Assembly (NCBI GenBank): GCA_026936335.1
Contig: JAPMXV010000067.1
Span: 1 to 64,000, forward strand
Reading direction: 5' to 3'
From: Mantamonas sphyraenae STR306
Lineage: Eukaryota > Protista > CRuMs
DNA: 64,000 bases
The notes under the pieces were generated by a model. It saw nothing but the letters and a program-made list of their open reading frames with translations. It made no database searches and was not told the origin of the DNA. This document shows, piece by piece, positions 1 through 10,000 of the stretch. Each line of letters starts with the position of its first letter. Within the stretch, counting starts at the first letter, position 1. Made by a program: the position numbers and the translations under genes.

Positions 1-221
1 CCTAACCCTACCCTAACCCTAACCCTAACCCTAACCCTAACCCTAACCCTAACCCTAACCCTAACCCTAACCCTAACCCTAACCTAACCCTAACCCTAAC
101 CCTAACCCTAACCCTAACCCTAACCCTAACCCTAACCCTAACCCTAACCCTAACCCTAACCCTAACCCTAACCCTAACCCTAACCCTAACCCTAACCCTA
201 ACCCTAATCCTAATCCTAACC
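1..221 (-). repeat. Telomeric repeat (CCCTAA)n / (TTAGGG)n, chromosome end
   Basis: About 36 tandem CCCTAA units from base 1, with a few single-base deletions. Degenerate CCTAAT variants at about 203-216 lead into C-rich subtelomeric DNA. Confidence 0.99.
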
Positions 222-864
222 CTTCACCCCTCCTCCACCACTAACTTCTACCTCTGTTGTTTCTTCACCGCGCTCCCACTATCCCTCAGAACCATTTCAT
301 CCCACCAATACCCATCCAAGGCCCATCCAGTGTCATCGAGCCCCCCTTCCCCGTCCGCGATATCTCACAGTCACATGGCCAGACCATCTCCCACCCCAAG
401 TGACAAAACCACTTACTTTCGACCACTGCTACACCCATACACTGCTGCTCTACCTGTCGAAATGTACATGTGATCCATTCCGCAACCGTCCAATGAGAAA
501 GTTGCCAAAAAAGGCAAGTTTTGTCGGTCGGCCTGAGTCATGCTCAGAAAAGTGTACAGATCCTAACGTGCAATCGCATCCGTAAGCTTCTCATCCTGAC
601 GATGTTCGATCATTGATGTGATGAGTCTGGTCTAGGTCAGGTGAGTTGTGAATGTGTTTGCTGGCGGGTGGCTGAGTTGCGTGGTGACATGGGGCAGTGG
701 GCAATGGGTGGTAGTGGAAATGTCGCTGGGTTAGTGGCCGTCGTCCTGCAACGCCGCTCAGTCAGCACTGCCCATCCGCCTTCAACCAAAGTATCACCAA
801 CACCCACAACAGCCTCCACCAGTCCAACACATTCCACATACACTCCAGTATCTCCACCACCACC

Positions 865-3800
865 ATGGACAAAGACTACTCAAGCACTCCGAAGCTACAT
901 CACACACCCAACACCTACCCAGCGTGCGTTCTGCCTTCCACTCCGTTTTCTGGCTGCCCGCTTCTCCCTCTTCCTTGCCCCTTCCATGCCTCCGTCGCTT
1001 CCCTGCCTTCTTCCCTGCATCTTCACTTCCCCATCACCACCGTTGTTGCGTTTTCCGCTCTTCTTCGATCCCCTCTCCCCTGTCACTGCCATCCCCGTTG
1101 CCAGTTTCCCCGTCTGCCAATCTCCTTCGTTTTCCCCTCTTTGCTCGTTCCGGCCTCCCTCCACCCCGCTTCTGCCCTGACGGCGTCCATGCCGCCTTGC
1201 GCTCACCGTTCCTACCCCGCCCTGCCCCTCCCTTCCTTCCCACAGCTACGGGTACATGGTCCCTCCCATGGCTGCCCAGCCGTTTCCGAGCATGCTGCCC
1301 GTTTCTGGCGTACAAAACCCGTACCAGCACCCACAACCACCCATCATCTGGGTCCCTGTCAACACCCACTCCCAGCAGCACCATGCATATGCTCATCAGG
1401 GCCACCCATACTACGCCTACCCTCCTCCGCCGCCTCCTCAGCCGCGACAAACCGCCCAGATGCACTTCGCTCAGACTCCGTTTCACCCTCCGCCTACTCA
1501 ACCCACCGGAAACCACAACCGCGTCCCCAAACGCATCAGCCCTGCCTTTGTCGGCATCACACGCACCACATCCACCACCACATCGTCGTCCTCCTCCCAC
1601 CCGGCCACACGGCAGGCTGGTGACAGCGACGACGACGACGCAGACCACGACACACACACACATGACACCGGCGACGTGGAGGACCTGATGTTCCTGAACT
1701 TTGGCCACCGTGCACCACGGTCGACCTCCAGCAAGTCAGAGTGGATGACCAGCTCAGGGATGGAGGCGTACGAAGAAGACGGCGAGGCAAACGAGGCAAC
1801 ACAGCAGCACGTGGATGACGAGTCGAAAACTCAGGGCACACTTGGCTTCGCAGACACTGATGATGCCATGGATGAGGAGTACATCCCGCAAGATGACAGC
1901 GACGACGACACAGATGACATGGAACAGGAGGACATGGACGAATGGCAGCCGAGGCGGACCAGTAGAGACCGCACACAACGTCGCAGAGGCCAGACCAGCC
2001 GACGTACTGGTCCTCACTCGATGAAAGGCAGCGGACAGCGCAAGCGCCCTGTCACGGCTGGCAGCGGCACAGAGACAGGAACGTCGAGCACACTGGCAAG
2101 GAGGGCCAAGAACGGAGACAACGGCGCACGGAAGAAAGCAGACGAGGAAAAGAAGAACAAGTTGCCAGATGGCGTTGTGCGCAAGGGGTGGACAAAGGGA
2201 GTCAGTGAAGAGCGCATGCACCGCAACAAGGAGGAGCACACGGCACTGCTGAAGCACATGCACACCCTGGCCAACGAGCATCCCATGGACGACATCCCCG
2301 ACATCACGACCCTGCAGGCGAGTGTTGTGGTCTGCCATGGAACTCTGCTGACGCTGGTCCGACAGATTCAGGTCGCTGTGGGCAACATTCCTCTCTCCCA
2401 GGGCGACATGGCCATCTGCCTCACCCTTCTCGGTCACGACATTGATCAACAGGAATGCAGCCATGCCATCCTCCACGCTGGTCTGGCCATGGGTGTGACA
2501 AAGGCTGGGTTGAAGGTGTGCTGGCTGGAGGAGCCACATGACCACGGCGACACCAACTACGCCCTTCTCCACCTCCTCATGACAGAGATGGACACTCTCG
2601 GCGACAGGCCCCATCCCACCACCTGGAAGGAGCACGAGCAGACCCAACTGTGGCTGCAGAAGGCACGGCGCCCCTCGAACAACGACAGTGACCCACACTG
2701 GACTCAATGTGACTACGACCACCACCTCAACACCACCGAGGTGGAGAAGTGGCATCCAGAGTCTGTGCGCAGAGGCTGGAGCAGTGCCTCTCCCAGCAAC
2801 GAGCGTGGTAGCTGCACGGCGCGGGAGTTCCAGATGCTGCTGGCACACATGAATGCACGTGCAGCCAAGCACCCTCGTCATGAGCACACACACGAGAACA
2901 ATGCACTGCGTGAGCTGATCAACAACGGCAGCAAGATGTCCCTGGTGCGACACATCATCCTTGCGCTGGGCAATGTTGGCGTGCCGCCTGTCGACCTGGC
3001 CTTCTTTGTCCGCCTACTCAGAACACGCCTCACCTACCAGCAGGTTCAAGTTGCCATCAGCAACACCCTCACCCGCGGCGTCACCTCCCTCTCCCTCAAG
3101 ATCGCCTGGCTCGACAAGCCCAAACCCAGCGACGCCACACTGCACACCCTCCTCCACACCCTCATCGACCGCATCACACCCCACATCACCACCCGCCCCA
3201 CCACCACCGACGCTGTCAATGCCCTTGCTATCACCGAGCTTGTTCTCCCCGAGCCCACTGAGGAGGAGATGATGGCCGAGGAGGATGGACCGCCAGATGG
3301 CGTTGTGCGCAGTGGCTGGACAAACTGGCGCAAGAGCGAGCGCAGCCACAGCAACAAGGAGGAGCACACGGCACTGCTGAACCACATGCACACCCTGGCC
3401 AACGAGTATTGCATCGACAACATCTCCGACCTCATGACCCTGCAGGCGCGTGTCGTGGTCTGCCATGGCACCCTGAACACGCTCGTCCGACAGATTCAGC
3501 TCGCTCTGGGCAACATTCCCCTCTCCCAGGGCGACATGGCCTTCTGCCTCACCCTTCTTGGCCGGAACATGGATCAACACGCGTGCAGTGCTGCCATCAA
3601 AGACGCTGGTCTGGCCATGGGTGTGACAAAGGTTGGGTTGAAGGTATGCTGGCTGGAGGAGCCACACGACCACGGTGACCCCAACTACGCCCTCCTCCAC
3701 CTTCTCATGACAGAGATGGATACCCTTGGCGAATGGCCCCATCCCAGCACCTGGAAGGAGCACAAGCAGACCCAGCTGCGGCTGCAGGAAGCACGACGCC

Positions 3801-4429
3801 CTCCTGACAGCGACAGCGACCCACACTGGACGCAATGTGACTACGACCACCACCTCAACACCAACGAGGTGGACAAGTGGCATCCAGAGTCTGTGCGCAG
3901 TGGCTGGTGCACGACCGCAGACGAGCGTGGCAGCTGCACGGCGCGGGAGTTCCAGACGCTGCTGGCACACATGAAGGCACGCGCAGCCAAGCACCCTCGC
4001 CATCAGCACACACACGAGAACAATGCACTGCGTGAGCTGATCAACAACGGCAGCAAGATGTCCCTGGTGCGACACATCATCCTTGCGCTGGGCAATGTTG
4101 GCGTGCCGCCTGTCGACCTGGCCTTCTTTGTCCGCCTACTCAGAACACGCCTCACCTACCAGCAGGTTCAAGTTGCCATCAGCAACACCCTCACCCGCGG
4201 CGTCACCTCCCTCTCCCTCAAGATCGCCTGGCTCGACAAGCCCAAACCCAGCGACGCCACACTGCACACCCTCCTCCACACCCTCATCGACCGCATCACA
4301 CCCCACATCACCACACGCCCCACCACAGTCGCACTCGTCAACGCCTACCCCATCACCCCCTTCACCCTCCCCAAGCGCAAAGACCCTTCCTCCTCCTCCT
4401 CCTCCTCCAAACGCCAACGCCTCGAATGA
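865..4429 (+). CDS. Unrecognised telomere-adjacent protein, ~1080 aa; join(865..923,1246..4429); P/Q/H-rich and acidic N-terminus followed by four copies (A-B-A-B) of a ~170-aa domain
   Basis: 1057-aa ORF at 1256..4429. An upstream ATG in CCACCATGG context at 865, a GTGCGT donor at 924, CTGAC at about 1177 and a pyrimidine tract plus CACAG acceptor ending at 1245 join in phase (…NTYPA|YGYMVPP…). Basic, NLS-like segments include RKKADEEKKNK and the C-terminal KRQRLE. Confidence 0.75.
2164..4326 (+). repeat. Direct ~1.1-kb intragenic duplication (about 2164-3205 vs about 3291-4326)
   Basis: Both copies start CCAGATGGCGTTGTGCGCA (PDGVVR). The 3' parts (about 2884-3190 vs about 4006-4312, offset 1122) look identical at the nucleotide level. 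Confidence 0.95.
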
Positions 4430-4445
4430 ACAACTTCATTTCCAC

Positions 4446-6557
4446 TCACCCTCCCCTCCCCATCCACTCCACCACCCTCTCCATCACCTCATCCGGCAGT
4501 GTCACCCACCTTTCCCACCCACCCTCCTCCACATACTCATCCATCCCTCCACACTCAAACATCGCCTCCCTCTCCTCCCCATTCATCACCAACGCAACCT
4601 CCATCGCCTCATCCACCTCCACACCCCACCCAATCCAATGCCACGCCTTCCTCCACCCTTCCTCCCTCACCAACTCCACCGTTTCCATCCTCGGCTTCGC
4701 TCCCCACGCCCGCAACACCTCAACCAACCCCTCATTCCCTCCCTTCACCCCTCTCTCCAGCGCAGTCTCCTTCCCACAATCCCTTGCAGCCGTATCCACA
4801 GGCACTCCCCACTCCCTCAACTCTCTCATCTTCTCCACATCCCCACACTCCAAAAACTCCACATGATGCTCCTTGTTTCTCTCCAACAGCAACTGCAACG
4901 CGTTGTTCTGCACGCCCTCGATCCTGCAGCACGACCGATTGCCTTCCATCGCCTTTGTCAGGGCTTCTGCTCCTTCTGCGCCGATGCCGCTGATCCCGAG
5001 AAGCAGTTCCTGCAGGCTACGGTTCGCACCCAGTGCCTGCGCAAGGGCTTTTGCTCCTTCGTCCCCGATTCTGTTGCGGCCGAGGCCCAGTCTCTGCAGG
5101 CTACTGTTCTCACTCATTGCCTGCGCCAGTGCTGCCGTACCTTCGACCCCGATGCTGTTGTTGTCGAGGTACAGAATCAGCAAGCTGCTGGTCTCACTCA
5201 GTGCCCGCGCGAGTGCTGCTGCTCCTTCGTCCCCCATACCAATGTCCCACAGGTTCAGTGTCTGCAAGCTGCGGTTCACACTCAGCGCCTGTGCCAGTGC
5301 TGCTGCTCCTTCGTCCCCGATGCAGTTATTTCTGAGGTTCAGTCTCTGCAGGCTGTTGTTCTCACTCACTGCCTGCGCCAGTGCTGCTGCTCCTTCTGCT
5401 CCGATGCTGTTGTCCCAGAGGTTCAGCGTCTGCAGGCTGTTGTTCTCACAAAGGGCCTGCGACAGTGCTGCTGCTCCTTTGTCACCGACGCTGTTGCGGC
5501 TAATGTTCAGTGTGTGCAAACTGCGGTTCCCACTCAATCCGTGCGCAAGTGCTACCGCTCCTTCGTCCCGAATACTGTTGTTCCAGAGATCCAGCGTGTG
5601 CAAGGTGCTGTTCTCACAAAGTGCCTGGGCCAGCGCTGCTGCTCCTTCGTCCCCGACGCCGTTGCTCTGGAGGTTCAGTGTCTGCAAGCTGTTGTTCCCA
5701 CTCAATCCCTGCGCCAGCGCTGCTGCTCCTTCGTCCCCGACGCCGTTGCTCTGGAGGTTCAGTGTCTGCAAGCTGTTGTTCCCACTCAATCCCCGCCCCA
5801 GTGCTGCTGCTCCTTCGTCCCCGATGCTATTGTTCCAGAGGTCGAGTATCCGTAATTTTCGGTTCCCACTCAATCCCTGCGCCAGTGCTGCTGCTCCTTC
5901 GACCCCGATGCGGTTGTTTTCAAGATCCAGTCTCTGCAAGCTGCTTTTGTTCTTGCTCAGTGCCTGCCCCATTGCTGCCGCTCCTTCGTCCCCGACGTTG
6001 TTGCTACCAAGGTAGAGTCTCTGCAAGCTGCTGATTTCACAGAGTACCTGCGCCAGCGCTGCCGCTCCTTCTGCCCCGACGCTGTTGCTGCTGAGGTTCA
6101 GTGTCTGCAAGCTGGCTTTGTCCTCTCTCAGCGCCTGCGCCAGGGCTGTTGCTCCCTGTGCCCCGATGCTGTTGCGGCTGAGGTTCAGTGTCAGCAAGCT
6201 GCTGTTCTCACTCAATGCCTGCCCCATTGCTGCCGCTCCTTCGTCCCCGATGCTGTTGTTCCAAAGGTCCAGCGTTTGCAAGCTGCTGTTCGCCATCAAT
6301 CCCTGCGCAAGCGCTGCTCCTCCTTCTGCCCCGACGCCGTTGCTTTGGAAGTTCAGTGTCTGCAAGCTGTAGTTCTCCCTCAATGCCTTCCCCAGTGCTG
6401 CTGTTCCTTTTGTCCCAAACCTGTTGTGCCTGACGTCCAGCCTCTGCAAGCTGCTGTTCTTCCCCAGCGCCTTGGCCAGCGCCACTGCCTCGTTGTCTCC
6501 AATCTGGTTGGAAGGAATACACAAACTCTGTGGCCCACGTGTCAACATATACTCCAT
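4446..6557 (-). CDS. Ribonuclease-inhibitor/NLRC3-type LRR protein (19 repeats of 28 aa) with ankyrin-like repeats and a C-terminal F-box-like motif
   Basis: Repeat consensus LQTLNLxxNSIGDEGAAALAQALSENSS. Ankyrin-like segment GDVEKMRELREWGVPVD…ETALERGVKGGNEGLVEVLRAWGA. Tail LPDEVMERVVEWM. The start at 6557 is the nearest ATG to the repeats; the frame stays open to 6959, so the true start is uncertain. Confidence 0.85.
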   Translation of the reverse strand: MEYMLTRGPQSLCIPSNQIGDNEAVALAKALGKNSSLQRLDVRHNRFGTKGTAALGKALRENYSLQTLNFQSNGVGAEGGAALAQGLMANSSLQTLDLWNNSIGDEGAAAMGQALSENSSLLTLNLSRNSIGAQGATALAQALREDKASLQTLNLSSNSVGAEGAAALAQVLCEISSLQRLYLGSNNVGDEGAAAMGQALSKNKSSLQRLDLENNRIGVEGAAALAQGLSGNRKLRILDLWNNSIGDEGAAALGRGLSGNNSLQTLNLQSNGVGDEGAAALAQGLSGNNSLQTLNLQSNGVGDEGAAALAQALCENSTLHTLDLWNNSIRDEGAVALAHGLSGNRSLHTLNISRNSVGDKGAAALSQALCENNSLQTLNLWDNSIGAEGAAALAQAVSENNSLQRLNLRNNCIGDEGAAALAQALSVNRSLQTLNLWDIGMGDEGAAALARALSETSSLLILYLDNNSIGVEGTAALAQAMSENSSLQRLGLGRNRIGDEGAKALAQALGANRSLQELLLGISGIGAEGAEALTKAMEGNRSCCRIEGVQNNALQLLLERNKEHHVEFLECGDVEKMRELREWGVPVDTAARDCGKETALERGVKGGNEGLVEVLRAWGAKPRMETVELVREEGWRKAWHWIGWGVEVDEAMEVALVMNGEEREAMFECGGMDEYVEEGGWERWVTLPDEVMERVVEWMGRGG
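4940..6530 (-). repeat. 84-bp (occasionally 87-bp) tandem repeat array encoding the LRRs
   Basis: GCTGCTGCTCCTTCGTCCCCGA…AGGTTCAGTGTCTGCAAGCTG recurs with an 84-bp period. Units at about 5630-5713 and 5714-5797 are almost identical. Confidence 0.92.
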
Positions 6558-7088
6558 TGTCACCCTTCTTGACGTGCAAACGCTCCCTTTCCGTCCCAGT
6601 CCCAACCCACCTCTCCCTCTGCCTCCAGTGCACCACAAACCCGTGCATGATCCTCGCTCTCCAGTAGAGCTTTCCACTTGGACTTCCTCGTGCTCATTGC
6701 GTGTTCTTTGCCCTTTGTGAGCGAGTGCGCCGCACCTTTTCCCCTTTTCTCTTCTCCCTCCATGCCCACCCTTCTCCCCTTCTTCCAATCCACCACCCAG
6801 TCCATACCCACCTTGAGGTTTCCGCGAGGATGTGACAGTTCCAAGATGTGTTGCATCCTGCTCCGCATGCCAACTCCCTACCTGCCCGTGACACCTTTCC
6901 TGCCTTCCGACCCCAACCACATCAAAAACCCTTCCATTCCTCCTGCTGACCACCTCCAATCTCCCGTTGCCTCTTCCCCAACCCGCACCCGAACCCCCAA
7001 TCCACCGGCAGCACCCTCATCAACGACTTCGCTCCCTTCCGCCCCCCCCTCCATTGAAACAACCCCAACCCCAACCCCCCCAACCTCG

Positions 7089-10000
7089 ATGAAGCCATCT
7101 CGCTTCTTCGTGACCATTTCCTTGGTCCTCTCTCTCATCGCACTTTGCGCTGCAGGTCCGTCCCCGCGTTTTCTCGACCGCCTCCCTTTTCCCAGATTCC
7201 CGTAGCCTTTCCCCTTTTCTCCCCCTTCCCACCCCCCTCACCCCTCCTCGCACCGCTCCCCTCCCCCGCCACCCTCCCCCCACCCTGCCCTCTAGACACA
7301 CCCTACACATTCCAGATGTCCGCAACGGCATCAGATGATCTCTTTGTCGATGCCGCAGTTGCCGCGGACGGGTCAGCATTTCTGGCCGGAACCACCTCTG
7401 GCGCCGTTCCTGGCCACGCCCACGCAGGCGCCAAGGATATCCTAGTTGCGCACGTCCACGCAAATGGCTCTCTCGACTGGTCGCTGCAGACTGGTACTGC
7501 CCTCGACGACGAGGCATTGGCCATTGTCCTCGACGAGCCCTCTGCAACAATCTACGTCGCCGGCTACGCCTCAGGCTCCCTTCACGCACAGCCAGGCCTC
7601 GGCGCCCAGGACGCCGTGGTCATTGCTCTCGACACAAACGGCACCACAAAATGGACGCGTCTCTACGGCTCCTCGACCGACGACCGAGCCAACGATCTTC
7701 TCCTCGTCGCTGACCGCCTCTTCCTTGCTGGCTACACATCCGGCACACCAACCCCGAACCTCGCCGATGCAAACAAAGGAGGCCATGACGGTTGGCTCAT
7801 GTCTCTCCACCTCAACGGCTCGGTCGCATGGAGTCTCCTCAAGGGCGGCTCTGGTGACGATCGTTTCGCGCGTCTCGCCTACTACCAGCCCACAGACACC
7901 ATCTACGTGAGTGCCATCACTGCCTCCACAGACGGCGACGTCGTTGGCACCGCCCTCACAACAAACTGGAAGACATGGCTCCTCCGCTTCGATCGCAACG
8001 GCACTCAGCTCCAGCAGGCCGTTTTCCAAATCGACGGCGTCCAAAACCTCGGCCAAAACGGCCTCGCCGTCCTCGACCAGGACCACGTTTTCCTTGCAGG
8101 CCACTCCCACGGCCTCCATGGCTCCGGCGCCGCCACCCCAGGCGCAAACGATTCCTTTGTCATGCGAGTCGACTCCAATATGAACCAAATCTGGCGCTCG
8201 CAATGGGGCGGCAGCGGCGACGACTTCCCGGGCCGCCTCGCCTTTGACCTCGCCCAATGGCGCCTGTGGGTCCCTTCCACATTCACAGGCCCCGTACCCA
8301 ACGCCACTCTCGCCCAGTCTGTCATTGCCCTCTTTGAGCTCCACCCAGAGACAGGCCGCCTTCTGAACGAGGCGTACCTAGGCACCTCAGCCACAGACAT
8401 GGCCTTTGGCACAATCAACACCCCCCATGGTCTGTACACGTGGGGCTCCACCACAGGCTCCCTCCCGGGCTTTGCCAATCAGGGCAACGCGGATCCGATC
8501 CTTTTCCGCTCCCGCGACACCACGCTTTGCAAGCCCGCAAAGCACTGGGGCAGACAGCCCATTCGCACAACCAACGAGGATCGTTCCTTTGCAAACACCA
8601 TCCAGTCCAACGGTGTTTTTGTTCCCGGCTTTGACTCCTCGGCAGCCCTGCCCGGCCAAACCCATGTGGGAGGCAGCGACTTTGCTGCCGTCGCCTATGA
8701 CCGCTTGGGCAACCAGCTGTGGACCTATCAATCCGGAAGCACTGCAAACGACTTTAACCTCGTCATGGAAACTGGCCCAGACGACAGCATCTACATCGGC
8801 GGCACAACCCTCGGCTCCGCTTTCTCCGCCTCCCAGGGCGGCTATGATGCTGTCGTCATCAAACTCAACGCCACCGGACATCAGCTTTGGGCCTCACAAT
8901 TTGGCGCCTCCGCCGATGACCAGATCCGTGGCATTGGCGTCGCTGCAGATGGTGCGCTCTACGTTGGCGGGTACTCAACCGGCTCCCTTTACGGCACACA
9001 CGCGGGCAGTGTCGACCTGATCCTGCGCAAACTTGACCCAACTACCGGTAACCCCATTTGGTCCACCCAGCTTGGTGGCACCGGCATGGACTATCCGGTC
9101 CGCATGTGCATCGACCAGAACCAAAACCTGTACATCGTTGGCCTGACCTCTTCGCCTTCTATCGATGGCCAGACCCATAGTGGCGGCACAAACGATGCTC
9201 TCGTCTCCGCTTTTGACAAGAACGGAACCCACATCTGGACACGCTTCATTGGTTCCACCGCCTCCGATTCGGCCGAGGGGTGCGCCGTCCTCGATGGCCT
9301 CCTCTACGTCTCCGGTCACACCCTTGGCACCCTTAACGGTCAAACAAACGCTGGAGCCAACGACATCTTTCTGGTTGCCCTTGACCCTGTCTCCGGCTCC
9401 ACTCGCTGGACCAAGCTCTACGGCGGCACCGGCGACGACCTCCCCGTAGGCCGCCTAGTCGCCTCCGACGGCTATCTCCTCCTCTCTGCCTCCTCTACAA
9501 ACTCGTTCGGTGGCTACACAAACACGGGTGACCTCGACTCCATCCATATCGCCCTTTCCCCCGTCGACGGCGCCCTCCTCTGGGTCAAGGGTATTTCAAG
9601 CTCCAACGCCGGCGCAGACACTCTCCGAGAAGCAGATCTTGCCTGCGACGGTACTATTCTCGCATCTGGCTCGACTTCTGGCGTCATTGAGCTCCCCGTC
9701 ACGGGCACCGTCGATGGCTTTGCCGCAACCACCTCCTCGGCAAATGTCCCACCCACTCTCCACGGCCTGCCTGTGCTTGTCCACAATCCGCCCACTGCGT
9801 TTGGTGCTGCCCATCCGCTCTCCATACGCGACCCAGACACCATGAACCTCCTCATGCTCGTCTCCTGCACTCCCAATTGCCAGACCTCCTTCGCCTCTGC
9901 TTCGGGCAACGCCTACGCACTTGCCCAAGCCTGGTCCGCTCTCAACCTCGGCGTTTCAGATTACTCCATCAACTCTACTCTCACCGTCGCCATCTATGAT

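Noticed and set aside
865-4429. Telomere-associated retrotransposon or telomere-linked helicase as the identity of the first gene
   Set aside because: No reverse transcriptase, endonuclease, gag zinc knuckle, Walker A or DExH motifs, and no terminal repeats or poly(A) seen.
4940-6530. CRISPR-like or diversity-generating retroelement interpretation of the 84-bp repeats
   Set aside because: The repeats are in-frame coding LRR units with no unique spacers, no cas or reverse transcriptase gene, and no adenine-specific template/variable pair.
6558-6959. 134-aa N-terminal extension of the LRR ORF
   Set aside because: It begins at a non-ATG codon and is low-complexity G/R-rich sequence with no domain signal. 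An upstream exon cannot be excluded.
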